From positions 64,001-128,000 of the forward strand of contig AE017150.2 in the NCBI GenBank assembly GCA_000002445.1: a DNA stretch of 64,000 bases, written 5' to 3'. The translations under genes and the position numbers were made by a program. Under the pieces are notes generated by a model. The model was given only the letters and a program-made list of their open reading frames with translations, did no database searches and was not told where the DNA came from. Shown piece after piece: positions 25,464 to 39,500 of this stretch (positions are counted from its first letter, which is position 1; each line of letters opens with the position of its first letter). This stretch comes from Trypanosoma brucei (lineage: Eukaryota).

Positions 25464-26770
25464 TTCACTCTCCGAATAATAATCCTAACTGAGTGTGTTG
25501 TGTTATTTCCTTTCTTTGTAATATAAATTAAGAAAAGAATTAAGATGAGGGAATTTAAAATGGATACACTTATAAACCAAATCAAATATACAATTAATGA
25601 ATATTAGGAATTAATATGGCAGATGGAAACTATTTATTTAAATTAGGATTCAATACAAATCTTATCATGTGTTGGGGCGTCACGGCAACTTAAGCACAAA
25701 TAAGGTATGACAGTATGAATAAACATTTCTCTTGGGATGAAAAACTCAAACAACAATTCCCAGTTACTGCACACCATCATTTCAGAAAAAATATATATAC
25801 TTAGATATATTTATGTATGGAAAAGCAAAAAAAATAAATAAATGTGGCATTACCACGAAAAATGGGAAACAATAGTTTTAATGATAAATCATGCAAAACG
25901 TAGAAAACTCGGTTGCATACAGAAAAGTGCCTTACTTACCTTACAAAATTAAAAATATACCAAAAGTAAAAATAAATATAAAACATTATCTTCACAAATC
26001 AAACCAGACACGTATTAAGCAAGAGAAAATAATTCACATAATCTCATACATATGTTATGATGGGCATTGCATGCAGTACAATTTAAAGGAAGTGTAACTC
26101 ATATAACATTTTCAAAAAAAAAAGTAATGAATGGTTGTTTGCTACCATCAATTACATTTCCAATGCCTAATTACACTTTTATATGCATGAAGGAAGTTAC
26201 AGATGATAACTTTGACATGCTCGAGAATCCATAACACAAAGCGACAGCTGCATGCAAATAAAAAAATATAAATATAAATAACATCCGAATTCATTTACTG
26301 ACAGATGAGTGCAATTCATTCACCCAAACTTCATAGCTGTAAACATAAACTTGCTTCTGCCAAAAGGAAAAAATCCCGCATAAATATTGAGTATCTGAAA
26401 ATGATAGCAACGGGTTTCCATTTTTGAAATATATGCATAAACTACATGAGGTATATGAAGCCATATTGGTGAAGTGTCATTACGCATGTTGCAATTTACT
26501 ATCAGAAGTGTATGCCTTATTTTATTTCTTGTGTTACTGTAACTCATGAGTATCATTCATTATTCTTTACAATACAACTGTAAGTCATTTTGCATTTTTA
26601 CATATTTCCTTATTCTCTCATACTGGAAGTATTCCACATATGAGATTCCTCAATATCGTTCAAAAAATAAAAATAATTTTATTTACTTCTGCATTCAGTT
26701 TCTCGTGTAGCAGTGTGTACACTAATCATCCATAAAGTTTTTAATTTGCCAAATACATCATTACGAAACT
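25464..26770. repeat. Type-B 5'-flank plus a partial upstream spacer module. It ends where the type-A 3'-flank begins.
   Basis: Colinear with 15725-17040. Confidence 0.7.
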
Positions 26771-27627
26771 ATTTTCCACAAATAAACAAACAAATAAACA
26801 ACCAAACACTTTTAAATGTTGTTGTGAAACGAAAATTGAATCACGGAAAATTGTGGGGCGCACACGTAATGGGCACCATGAATGCCTCTTTGGATATTCC
26901 TCAATGGCTTTTCACCAGCATCATCAACTTACTTTTTGTGTAAAAAAAAACAAAAAAGAAAAAAAGAAAAAAGAAATTTAAAAAGAAAACAAAAAAGAAA
27001 TAAAGGTACAAATGCATTAATAAACCCAACTCCTCAGCAGGAAATCAAGAACAGGAAGCCACGAAAAGCGTATGGCACATATGATTTTCACCTCTCAGTT
27101 ACTTAAGGTGGATCGCATGATTTACCCACCTTCTAAAAACACACCCTCCGAGAGGCCCGATTAAAAGAAAAAAAAACGCTATGACGGTTGAAAAGACGTT
27201 TTTCATAAACCTTCACTTTATACGTGAGGATGCATGAATAAACAATGATAACGATGAGAATGCTAACGGAAACAATGACGAACCGTGAGGATCATAGAAA
27301 AAAAAACACATACTTTTACATTAAGGAAACTTAATAAATAACAAAATATAAATATTCCCTACACAGAGGTATAGGGAGTGTTCGTCAACTTCGTAATGCT
27401 AATCAAAAAGCCTTCAAATGTATCGATCATTCGTGCAGTCAATCAAATAAGAAGTAACATGTACTACACGCACAAAAGCACACTTATAAAGCCTACAAAC
27501 CCACTTGCCCCCTTTTAGAGAATACCACTCTCTAGTCAGTGATAGGAGAGGTGATATTAAAAGTATTCCCTTTATAATTATTTCTTGTTTTTCAATTCGT
27601 TGCAACATAACATGCAAAGGTGTTGCA
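26771..27627. repeat. Type-A RHS 3'-flank module, copy 2. Its A-rich tract is expanded at 26941-27000.
   Basis: Near-identical to 1926-2765 apart from poly-A/(AAAAG)n expansion. The hairpin aaggtgg...ccacctt is conserved at 27106-27134. Confidence 0.7.
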
Positions 27628-30083
27628 TCAGGCAGCGGGGCCACCAGCAATAGCGTTTGGTTCATCCTGGGTGATCTCCTTAACAATATTCCCTTCCATC
27701 TTCACTTGAAACTGGCTGATTTTATTCCACAACTTTGTAGTATAATCGCCTCTGCCCCCAACTGGTTCGCACTTCTGCCTCACATCGATTGGCTTGCTGT
27801 CACTGTACTGTATGTAAATCAGCTCCCATTTCAAGTTTCTTGCGAGCTTATCCCATTCACCAAACAATTGTTTCATTGCCTTGATAAACTTATCTACCTT
27901 CTCTCGTGTCGTGTGATGCGTTGGTGCCACTGTCGGCTGGAGCAGAACAATTGTTGTTGCGGTGATCGCTCTTCCTTCTCTATCAACAGCTGGCTCAGTT
28001 ACAAAGAAAAAGGCGTCCACAACGGGGAAATTTCCCTGTACAGGTCGGTAAAGGCACCCAACCTTGATGTCTTGGCCTGTCGTTTCGGGGTAAATATGAC
28101 GAAGTGAAGTTGGAACACGTCCCACGGCATTACCACTTGCCAGAGCGGATACATTTGAATCCATTTCTTCTCCAACGCGAGGGAGATACCGCAGGTGCGT
28201 CACAATCGTCTGCACAACATTTCCCATCGTGAAGGCATATATGCCCACATTTTCAAATTCATCAGCGGCCTGCTCTTTTTTCCCACGAAAACCCTTTCGA
28301 AGGTAATTGTCTCGCATACATGCTGTGTCCGCCCACACTCTCAATTTCTGCTCAATATCAATGGAAACAGCTCTGTTTCTGCATTCTTCTCCATTCTCAG
28401 TTACAACCCGGACCAACTTAGCCAACCTGTATGTAGTCCCGTCCTCGCGCCATTGAACTCGACTATTCAGCACCTTCATGTAGTGTTCAGCATCGCCTCT
28501 ACTGATCTCCTCCAGTGCCCCATTTATTTCTCTAACGCGGCCCTTGTAGCGTTTTTCACCTTCCAGTACTTGGCGGGCCAGTGGGCCCACCTTCTTAATC
28601 CATCCCAATGTTTTCTGCCATTCATTCTCAAGGTTTATGATGTGAGCTTCGGTGATTTTACTTTCGTCCAACTTCGACAGCCGCCTTCACGCAACCGCAG
28701 CCTTCAGTTCCACCTCTTCATAGCAATTGATGCAAAAGCGCTCGCAAGCCCGTGGCCGCTTCCAGCGTCTGTAGTTATTTGGATCTGGAGATGTCAACAC
28801 AATTACGGGCCACGTTTCCGGCAATTTTGTCGGTATGGGTTCATCTCTCTCTTTCGCAAAGTCGTATATAATGTAACCAAGACCTTCTTCATCAGCCAAG
28901 TCATTGACAGCATCCAATCCATCTACTTCTTTTTCATAAAATACAACCTTTCTCGGATGATCATTTGTCGCCCTGAAGAAAATATATGCCCTACCCTTCA
29001 CAAAATAAGCGATATTCCGCAACAGCTCCGAATCGTAATGCAGCAACCTTTGGAGCAGAAACGAGCCAACACCAAATGATTTCCCAATACCTGGAGTGCC
29101 AACGAGGACGCAAGGTATTTGTTTTTTATTCACGCCTGGCCCTAACCACAAATCCAGCCTCTGCTTCACAAGATACCACACTCTCATTACCTCTCGACGA
29201 ATGTACACATCCCCGTCAAACACATGGACCTTTGGCTTTTCCTCACCCTCTTGAATTGCTCTTCGCGGAATGCGGAAACGATTATACGGCCAACCCTTCT
29301 GCGAGGTGAGCACAGCAATCTCTAAATTACCACGTCGAGGCAGTGGGTCGCACAAATCGTAAGGCGTGTGACTGACATTCACCTCCTCTTCTGTCCACAA
29401 CTCGGGCTCGCCGTCACTATTACCCACCACCTTCATGCCAAGAGGTAAGTCATTGTGACCCGACTCCACATAACCCCACGTCGCATTGTATATGGATTCA
29501 TATACTCCTTTCAGTTCGACACCATCAGCTCTTTGAGCAGCTCGCTTTTCCGCTTCCTTGAGTGCATTATTCAACATGTTAGTGACAATAATCCAAGTCT
29601 GCTCTCCATTTCTCAGTCCACGAATATTCACCTGTAACCTGGCCTTTACTTCCTCATTTGCTTGTTTCCAGCGCACGAGATTCAATATTCCCTCATTCTC
29701 ATAAAAACCATAGACGCTGACAAAACGTTTGTACACTTTATACGGTATTGTCGCGAATATTCGATTGAGCGCATTAACGTCATTAATATACTCTTCACAT
29801 CGTTGTAAACCCCAGATATTGATACATTATTTTCTTCGTTCACATTGTATCTTGTGCCAAAATTAAGCTTCAAAAAATCATTCAACATCACATTTTGAGG
29901 ATGTGGCAGACCATTCAGCAAAACTGCTTCAATGCAGCTGAAAAGTCTCCATTGTGGTTGGTTATTATTCTCCACTCGTTGCTGCACTGCTGGAGGTTCC
30001 GCATCGTTACGCGCAGCCTCCTCACGCTCTCGTCTCCTTCCCTCAATGTCACCCCTTCCTTCAATAGGAACCTGTTGATTCAT
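27628..30083 (-). pseudogene. RHS: Chimeric RHS pseudogene: type-B 5' flank and N-terminus joined to a type-A body and C-terminus. It is disrupted by a nonsense codon and an N-terminal indel.
   Basis: The ORF is split into 29682..30083, 28687..29736 and 27628..28671. At 28684-28686 the minus-strand codon is TGA, where gene 2766..5222 has TGG at the homologous position ('...AAVAW' with W at the stop position). The N-terminal ORF loses frame around 29800-29830 relative to 13151..15724 and 22881..25463. The P-loop 'VLVGTPGIGKSFGVGSFLL' is still encoded. Confidence 0.85.
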
Positions 30084-30930
30084 TTCACTCTCCGAATAAT
30101 AATCCTAACTGAGTGTGTTGTGTTATTTCCTTTCTTTGTAATATAAATTAAGAAAAGAATTAAGATGAGGGAATTTAAAATGGATACACTTATAAACCAA
30201 ATCAAATATACAATTAATGAATATTAGGAATTAATATGGCAGATGGAAACTATTTATTTAAATTAGGATTCAATACAAATCTTATCATGTGTTGGGGCGT
30301 CACGGCAACTTAAGCACAAATAAGGTATGACAGTATTAATAAACATTTCTGTTGAGAGGAAAACTCAAACAACAATTCCCGGTTACTTCACACCATGATT
30401 TCAAAAACAATAATATACTTACACATATATTTATGTATTGAAAAGCAAAACAAATAAATAAATGTGGCATTGCCATGAAAAAAAAAACAGTTTCACACGT
30501 GTGGTCCAAAAGCTGCATCAGCCAATACAATATCTTGACAACTTGTCACGCAGTCTTGCCTCAAGAAGAAAATAAAACATTCATCACTTGTTTACTTAAT
30601 TGATAAATGAGATCCCATGCTGTGTTAACTCACGTCTCCATTCAAAAAGTTGACTCAACGTTGTGACGAGGCAGTGACAAAAAACAATCCAAATGCAATT
30701 CCAAATTTCTTCATATTACGTTTTCAGTTTTATTACACATTTCCCCAACCATTCCAAGTACTAACAGGAATAATTTGGTTCTATAATAATGCATGTGTTT
30801 TCTACAGCTCTTTCATTTTGTTATGATCCGCACAAAAATTATATATGTGGTTGTTGATTCGTCCTGTCAATCAAAGTAATATAATAATTAATTTTCCCCT
30901 TTTCTTCATTTTTTCTATTAGCACATGTGC
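30084..30930. repeat. Truncated spacer: the type-B 5'-flank joined directly to the tail of the distal spacer module. About 4 kb of spacer is missing.
   Basis: The junction is near 30480, where '...tggcattgccatgaaaaaaaaaacagtttcacacgtgtggtcc' jumps to sequence that sits about 3.5 kb further along in full units (cf. 9640). Confidence 0.65.
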
Positions 30931-33431
30931 ACCTTGGTGAGATCACTTTCACTCATTTGCACTGATTGGTCAACACTATTTAGTTCGTTATTCAACACAC
31001 TCCCTTACATGTCCTCTTCTCACCATTTATAACCCACACGAGCAGCATCAAATATAAATTGTGAAGAGGTATGAGATCACAAGGAGCTCGCTCTCATTGA
31101 GAAGGTTGGATGCGTCATATATATATAATCATGTAATCCCTTTCCATTTCAACAATACGCAAACCTCAACTGCGGAATCGACTTTGAATGAGTTGACCTC
31201 GTCAGCATGAAACGGGGCCCGCCAAGTGGCATGAACATTAATCTTATCAGTAAACATGTGTTTGAGGTGTTGGTAATAAATGGGGTCAAATAAAACATAA
31301 GTGCGTATCATCTCCCCCGTTATGCCCGAGTGGAAAATATACATCATCTCCTTGAATATAATTGTATCCATGTTGTATCAATTCCTCATTCAGCTCTTCA
31401 TCCTTATCGGTACCCAAAGGCATTGCCATCGCCTAACTTTTCCGTGAATGCACTCACGCCTTTAAGCTAACGAGTTCCAGCAACTTTCCATCTGTCATAC
31501 GGCTCGGGAATCCATGAGAATTTATGATCATATCTGTGCAAATGCCTTTACTCATTGAAGGGCATGTTAACACACCATCAGTGATGAGATCCACTACTCC
31601 CTCCAGCCCGTGCCGTGAGGAAAACTTATTTCAGACCTCGGGACCGCGAACTTCTCTCGTAGCAACTTTAACTTTATTGTTATACATTCATCGATATATC
31701 CGAGTCACTGGAAGGTGAGAGATGACCACATTTGGTTCACAACAGCAGGCTGAGGGTATTTATTATATTCAAGAAAATTAGGTCTTGGTTCCTTGAAAGG
31801 CACGGGAGTTTATTTGTTTACCAAAATATCAAACTGACGAATAACCGCACCTTTACTACTGGCAATACCATCAATATTAAAGGCATTGTGTCTCGCAACA
31901 TTTCAATCTGTTGGAAGAATTATATCATACATACTCACCGTTGGGAAGTCTTTCCAGTTCCATCTCATGCTTACAAAAAACAACACGCCACCCATAGCCA
32001 CAATTGAGCGAACTGCGGTTGTGTACACCTTTGCGTCTTCAATATTGTAACCTCTATAGCTCATAATGCATACCATTGTATTAATTCCCGCATCTAATAT
32101 TTTGTAGTTGCTTAGGTTCATAGCCTTCGTCCAGCAAAGGGATAGTTGAGAGTAAGCACTCAACATAAGTACTGTGTCCATTTCTAATGTACTGAATATA
32201 CGCAATGGTTCCAACAGTTTGCTTGCCCATGGCTGACTGTAATGTGTTTCGTGCAAATTGATTGTGATGTGGAAAGGAGAATAATGCTAGCGACAACTCC
32301 AAGTGAGTCTCGTGTACTGCTCAATGTCTTTGTGGTGAACTGCTATAAGATAGTCATTCGCTTCATCATATAAGTCAATGAATTCCACAACAAACCTTCA
32401 GCTAAAATATCGTTAATCGAGCACTTGCCTGGACTCAAGTTATCCAGGTGTTAAGAAATTACGGCGTGTTTCCCATCGCTAACGAAAACATACAACCTCA
32501 CGATCCTTCCGCCAACACAAACAATTTGAACAATATTCTGGCGGTCATTTATCGCAATAGAAACATGCTGATGCAAGCGGCCTGTGTTCCTCAGGGTTCG
32601 TAATACATCCCAACACAAACGGCTCATGTATCGATAAACGCACATCAGCACTTCATTGAGGAAAACTGTGTAGTATTTAAGAAATTCGTTAAGGCTGATA
32701 TAATCTATTTCCTCCACTCCAATATTGCACGCATCCGCATGTAAACAAACAAATTATCCATGTTGAGTGTTACCTGACTAAGAATAGCAAAATTATTAAC
32801 CAAACAGCAACAACTTTTACCCTCTGGGGTATCGCAAGGAGGGATATACACCATTCCCCATTGACTTGAATAGAGAAATAATGATCCGCACATGTGGGTC
32901 AATAGACGAGGTCATGACCACTCCACTGCTGCCGTTACATATGATCACTGCATGGTTTTCGTATCAATGTTGATGATGATATGGGATTTGCTGCTGGAGG
33001 CAACCAACAACATAAGTTTAAGGTTCCCACGTGTGGAGAGAGGCCTAACTGCCAACCCTCAACCAGGATAACAGAAGTGATTATAAGGAAAGAGAAGACA
33101 ACATATCATAGCATGTTTGCACACCGACAAATAATTGAAGAAAGAGAGTAAAAGAGAGAGAGAGAGAGAGGAAAATGGACACAATCACGTCACCAGCTGC
33201 GTGTCTGCGAAGAACACCATCAAGAGCTGCTCCATAACTGCAACCATAACTAACATGTATAATATAATTATAACAGCTCGTATATGAAACAGCAAATCCA
33301 GTAATTGCTTCTAATGTTTGCATATTTCGCTCCGTCACAATCTCTCTCCCATGACACCTACTGGAAATACAACTCAGAGGAGTTTTAGTTGAGGCATGTT
33401 TCCAATACGCTCTCTCTACCACGGATGGCAA
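30930..33431 (-). pseudogene. RPB2-family C-terminal pseudogene fragment, copy 3.
   Basis: ORFs 31129..31371, 31903..32256, 32081..32302, 32451..32717, 32705..32902 and 33081..33431 carry the same motif series ([65 protein letters not shown]). Confidence 0.6.
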
Positions 33432-34072
33432 AGAAGCAAAAAGTACTATTACATTTTTGTTCCTTTTATCATTGGCCTATAGATCCCTATCTCTACACTG
33501 ATGGAAAATTTAGATTGTATAAATGAAAAGAAGATGTGAAGAGTTAGCGTAGTATAATTCAATCCTTTAGTTGGTAATAGCACAAATGAAAACAAAACGT
33601 TATAATGTTTTCTTACGTCCGTCGATAACATTATATCTGTCTTTCTTTGTGACCCTTAAGATTACGATGTGGCTTAACTCCAGTTACACGTTAGCCTATA
33701 AAATACTGCACTCCTTCTACTTCCTCCACTACTTTGTCGTCTCGCCACGTTTCCTTGGAACCTTCATTACATTCATACCATGGCGTCCTTGCTGCACCCA
33801 AAAGAAAAAGCAGCCACACCTCCTTGCCCGCTGTGAGGTTACTGAATATACTTCGGACGTCACTGATTATGTGCACCTCTGTGTTACTCTTGTTTTGACT
33901 GCAGTCCGCTGAACTTGGTTTCCTTTCAAACTGCCACACCCCAAGCGCTGCCCACTGCTGAGGAGATTGAACCGCATATATTCACCTCCTTCCACAGCGT
34001 CCGTTGCGTGTCAAACAACAGCGACTGGCCTTACTCCAGCTATTGGGTTCACCTTCGCTTTGCTTTCATCGC

Positions 34073-36586
34073 TCACCTCCCCTGTGCCTTTTCTGCCTTC
34101 TGAAAGGCAATCATCAGCTGTGCATTCATTTCGTCCCTCAACGTTACCTGGAATTGTTCAATCGTTTCCCAAAATGTTTGCAGTTGTTCCGCCTGCCTGG
34201 CAGGGATAACTTCGTCGTCGTTCGCCTCACATTTTTGCCAATTGGTAATTACGGCGCCATCCACTGAGTTTATGTATATCATTTCCCAAGCCATGTTACC
34301 CGAAAACGTGTTCCAGTCGGAAAAATAACTTGCTATGTTTTCTCGGAATTTCTTCACCTTCGCCGTGGTGGTGGGGTGCCTGTCTAACTTGGTTATTTGT
34401 AAAAGGACAATTGTCTTCGGTTTTGGCGCTTTTTTCGCTTGCCTTCCAGGCGACATCGTGAAGCGCCCCTCAACGAAAAAAAAGCCATCCACCACGGGCT
34501 CGTTGGCAGTAGAGGGAGTGTAGAGCACCATGTATTCACACTTCTCAATTGGTTGCTGGCCGGCCGTTGGTAAGAACTCCGATCCAGTGAGGCACAACTG
34601 CTGAGGAGTCATGCTACTCAGTATACTTTGCTTTCCCCTCAGCTTCTCAGGTGGACGGAGGTGTCTCAAGTTCTTTGCCATCACCTCGAGAACTTGAGGA
34701 TTGACTATCGCAAACAACGCATGGCTTTCAAATGAAATGGAAGCGGCACTTCTGTTTCCCATCATGAGCTGGGACTCTGCTGTTTTTCGCGCAGTAATGC
34801 CAAGCAGCGCCCAAAGTAGCAAGATCCTTATGTGTCCGGACAGCTCTTTGCAGCGATATGAATCTCCGGAAACTCCATTTCCACGTGCACGGACTATCTG
34901 TACCAACTTGTGCGACACCTTTTCAGTTTGCCAGTTCACTGATGACCTAAAAAGATCCTCGTAACCACTTTTATCATTAGCATCGAGGCCTCTTATTTTT
35001 TTTGCCATAGCCTCCATTCGCACGCCGTGCCCCACAGCGTCGTAAACGGCACGAGGCACCGGGCCGGCCACTGCAATACGCTGCTTTACAGTTTCCCATT
35101 CGTCCTTTAGTCTTCCTCTTAACTCTTGTTTCGCCGTGTTGGATACCTTTTCACCTAATGCTACTGATAAATTCTTCCATGCCACAAACGCCTTCATGTC
35201 ACGCACATCATCGCAGTTTATAATAATATGGCGGCTTCCCGTGTCCTTTTCCCACTCCTCATAATGTGCCGTATCGGGGGAAGTGAGGACAGTTATACCC
35301 CAATCCAAATGGCGCAGCTCACCAGGCGGTATAAGTAGTTCGTTACCGATGTCAACAATGATGTGACCTCTTTTTTTCTCGAATACTAACGCAGCTATGG
35401 CGTCAACGGCATCTTCCGGGACTTTATACCTCTCAACCCTTCCCTCTTCTCCGGGTTTCTTGTTATATATTAGGTAAGCGATTTTACCCACGAAATACGC
35501 AATGACATTAAACATTCCATCATGGAAGTGAAGCAGTGAATAAAGCAAAAATGATCCAACACCGTATGATTTACCAATACCAGGTGTACCAATAACAATA
35601 TGTCTCGGTGTTATCCGAGCTGTCCTTTCCACCCACCATGTTTGCAGCCCTCGTTGAATTATATACCACACGCGCATAATTTCACGACGGATATACACAT
35701 GTTTATAAATTTCCTCGCACCTCTCAGTGTCACTTGTTTTAAACCTGTTGTATGGCCAACCTTCCTCCGAAGTGAGAACGAAAATCTCCAAACCATCGGG
35801 TCTCTCCTCAATCTCTGCATCAACATTGGTAGGATCAGGAGTTATATCCACCTCCGCTTCGGTCCAAATGCTCTGTGGTCTTCCATCGAACACTTTCATT
35901 CCAAGTGGCTCTCTACGATAACCCGACATTACATAACTCCATTTCGCATTATAAATGGAATCATATAATCCTTTCAGTTCGACAGCACCACCAGCTGCTA
36001 GGACAGCTCGCTTTTCCGCTCTCTTGGCGGCCGCCAACGCTCCATCCAACCTTCCCCTCGCCATGGGACCAACAAATTCTCTTATTTCCACTGTCCCCTT
36101 CTCCTCCCACTGACTGAGGTAGTAAATTTCCTTTTCATCAAGGTACTCTACCTTCTCAGACAGATCAATAGCTGTCTTCACTGTTTTAAACTCATCAGTG
36201 CCTTGTATATCCTCAAGAATCTCAGCATCAACAATATATCTTCTGGGATTCTTAACAAACAAAAACATGGCCACATTCTCTGTGTTATACGTGTTTGAGA
36301 AGTATTGATTCAAAAGGTCATGCAATTTCATATTACGCAGAACCTCATACCGTTGCAGCAGCGCATCTTCCAGCAGCACATTCCTCACCTTACTATCCAT
36401 CGTCCAGTTGGGCCTCTCTTCAGTTCTCTGCCGTATTTGTGGAGGCTGAGCAGCAGCAGCAGCAGCAGCAGCAGGAGGCGGTACATTTTCATCTCGCGGT
36501 CTCCTCATGGGCCCTTCAATATTACCTGCCACTTGTTGGTTTTCATTATTTCCTTGTGGAGCTGCGGGACTATTTGCTCTTGACAT
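34073..36586 (-). CDS. RHS: Retrotransposon hot spot (RHS) protein, type-C N-terminus (MSRANSPAAPQGNNENQQVA..., poly-Ala). Intact.
   Basis: 837-aa ORF. P-loop 'IVIGTPGIGKSYGVGSFLLYSLLHF'. Conserved RHS blocks. Its unique 3' flank diverges from the other units after 'ccagttacacgttagcc'. Confidence 0.9.
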   Translation of the reverse strand: MSRANSPAAPQGNNENQQVAGNIEGPMRRPRDENVPPPAAAAAAAAQPPQIRQRTEERPNWTMDSKVRNVLLEDALLQRYEVLRNMKLHDLLNQYFSNTYNTENVAMFLFVKNPRRYIVDAEILEDIQGTDEFKTVKTAIDLSEKVEYLDEKEIYYLSQWEEKGTVEIREFVGPMARGRLDGALAAAKRAEKRAVLAAGGAVELKGLYDSIYNAKWSYVMSGYRREPLGMKVFDGRPQSIWTEAEVDITPDPTNVDAEIEERPDGLEIFVLTSEEGWPYNRFKTSDTERCEEIYKHVYIRREIMRVWYIIQRGLQTWWVERTARITPRHIVIGTPGIGKSYGVGSFLLYSLLHFHDGMFNVIAYFVGKIAYLIYNKKPGEEGRVERYKVPEDAVDAIAALVFEKKRGHIIVDIGNELLIPPGELRHLDWGITVLTSPDTAHYEEWEKDTGSRHIIINCDDVRDMKAFVAWKNLSVALGEKVSNTAKQELRGRLKDEWETVKQRIAVAGPVPRAVYDAVGHGVRMEAMAKKIRGLDANDKSGYEDLFRSSVNWQTEKVSHKLVQIVRARGNGVSGDSYRCKELSGHIRILLLWALLGITARKTAESQLMMGNRSAASISFESHALFAIVNPQVLEVMAKNLRHLRPPEKLRGKQSILSSMTPQQLCLTGSEFLPTAGQQPIEKCEYMVLYTPSTANEPVVDGFFFVEGRFTMSPGRQAKKAPKPKTIVLLQITKLDRHPTTTAKVKKFRENIASYFSDWNTFSGNMAWEMIYINSVDGAVITNWQKCEANDDEVIPARQAEQLQTFWETIEQFQVTLRDEMNAQLMIAFQKAEKAQGR
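36451..36474. repeat. (CAG)8 / (CTG)8 trinucleotide repeat encoding the poly-Ala tract of RHS 34073..36586. The paralog has (CAG)5 at 47152-47166.
   Basis: Direct count in the sequence. The protein reads PPPAAAAAAAAQPP versus PPPAAAAQPP in 44732..47269. Confidence 0.85.
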
Positions 36587-39500
36587 AACTCTCTTAATAT
36601 TATTAACTTAACTTCCTTTCCTTTTCTTTTTTCTCTGAAATTATAAATAACTGAAGTAAAATAATAGATAAGGAAATAATAGTGTGTGAACAGTGTAACA
36701 CAATATCAAATGTGATAGAGCAAGATAATGTTTACTCACTATTGTTTGTATAATATGATATCATAATGCATTTGGTATTGAGAGGAACAATTTCAAAATA
36801 TAGCAGCTGTAAATAAATATTTCCCTTGCTTCATTATCATGTGCTAAATATAATGAACTTCATACATCATTTCTTTAACTATGAATAACATGCAGACAAA
36901 AAATATTACTGCCTCATATACCTGCATAAACACTTCGTATATATAATCAATATTTAAAGAGAGTCAAATTCTATCAATTAAAATCAAGTAAAACAATAAA
37001 CAATAAAAATATATATACGGATATTAATGAAGCGAAGAAAAAGAGTATCGGCACAACACATACATATACACACACATGAATACGCACTACACAATTATAT
37101 ATCCTCCCCATTTTTACAATACGTAACATTTACTTGCATTGAATAAACTCATTGAAAATATAAATCACTTATCCCCTCCCCCGTGTATTCACTTACTTCC
37201 AAAGGAGAATATTAAATAATGTCTGTAGGACAGGTAAAAAAGAAACTGATAGTCTTTTTGCATCAGATAACCAGAGAGTATTTCCGTTTACTTTCATAAT
37301 AAACAAAAACATCATTTTGCCTTCAGTTAAAATAAAATTGAATTACTTGCCTCCTCACTGTTCACAACTATCAACAACTAATTCAGCGACACAAATTCAC
37401 ATGTATTTTATGTGCCTTCGTTGTTTGATTCATTCACACACCTTTTATGATGGTGATTATACAACTTATTGTAAAAAATTGGAATAAAATTAACACAATT
37501 ATTTGAGGAAACCGTAAAAGATTATCATAACATATCTTTTATTTTCCCTCCTTTCATTTACACAGATTAAATATGTAATGATACAATTCCCTTTCAGTAC
37601 GTGTCCACACTTATTGTATCATCATTGTAAGTTTCCTATTGCTCACATACACAAAGTTATTGGAATAACAAAAAATGAAACAACACATCTAAACAACTTG
37701 AAACAATATATAATAAATAAATAAAGGTAATAGAGAGAATGAGCGTGAACAGACAGATAATAAAATGAAACACGTCTCGCATTTTCCTTATAAATATTCA
37801 ATAGTTGGCGGATTACAAAACAATTACACATTATAGAAAGGAAGGGATATAATTACATTATACACCTGCATGTGGATATGTAACAGTGAGTCATAGTAGA
37901 AATAAATTGCCTAAACACAATAGTTATGGAAGATAACATAATTCAAAACATCAATAATATTATTCTATCAACATTCCCTTCCTTCTCCATTAAGTTTCCA
38001 AATGGTTTCAAATAATAATTCACATAATTCCATACATATGTTATGACGGGCATTGCATGCAGTACAATTTAAAGGAAGTGTAACTCATATAACATTTTCA
38101 AAAAAAGGTATTGAATGGTTGTTTGCTACCATCAATTACATTTCCAATGCCTAATTACACTTTTATATGCATGAAGGAAGTTACTGATCATAACTTTGAC
38201 ATACTCGAGAATTCATAACACAAAGCAGCAGCTGCATGCAATAAAAAATAAAAATATAAATAACATCCGAATTCATTTACTGACAGATGAGTGCAATTCA
38301 TTCACCCAAACTTCATAGCTGTAAACATAAACTCGATGCTGCCAATAGGAAAAAATCCCGCATAAATATTGAGTATCTGAAAATGATAGCAACGGGTTTC
38401 CATTTTTGAAATATATGCATAAAATACATGAGGTATATGAAGCCATATTGGTAAAGTGTCACTACGCATGTTGCAATTTACTATCAAAAGTGTCTGCCTT
38501 ATTTTATTTCTTGTGTTAATGTAACTCATGAGTATTATTCATTATTCTTTACAATACAACTGTAAGTCATTTTGCATTTTTTTATATTTTCTTATTCCCT
38601 CATGCTGGAAGTGTTCCACATATGAGATTCCTCAATATCGTTCACACAATAAAAATAATTTCATTTCCTTCTGCATTCAGTTTCTTGTGTAGCAGTGTGT
38701 ACACTAATCATCCATAAAGTTTTTAATTTGCCAAATACATCATTACGAAACTATTTTCCACAAATAAACAAACAAATCATTGGGACAATATCTTTGAGAT
38801 ATTTCCTTCACTATATTTACAGTTCAGTAGTAATTAAAATACACTTTTTGTATAATTCAACACATGGTGGAATTGCAAAGAAATGTGATGGTACTTATAA
38901 TCAATAAGTTCCCAATTTTCCTCACATGGTCTCCTTTCATGCCTTTACATCCATATATAATTCACAGAGAATTACTGCAATTTCTTTCATATGCTTTCAG
39001 GATTCCATATGTCACAATACAAATTATATATATTTACAAATTTGGACATAATATTGCTTAACATATAAATTATCACAAACCTATGATATTACACTCCTCC
39101 TAAGAATAAGAATCAAATTATTTCTATTTTGCATCATTACATGAAGCTTTGGAAAAGGAAAAAAAAGAATCAAACAAAAGGTAATGTAAAGAACACAGTT
39201 TTTTAATACAGGTTAAAACTTGTTTGTGAGTGTCAGATGCGAACACAAAATGTTCAAACAGGAAAACAGTAAAGGACGGTACTGATAATGTAAGCACAAA
39301 TTAACCAAAAATAGAAACATAAATAAAATTTAAAACTTATAAAAACACAAATATATATGATACAAATATTTACCACATATTATAATTCGCCACCCTCACA
39401 CTTGAAATACAAAGAGGACATAACACACATATGTGGTAAAACTAATACAACTCGAATATACATATGTGACATCTTCTTAACATAATCATTCTAATATTTA

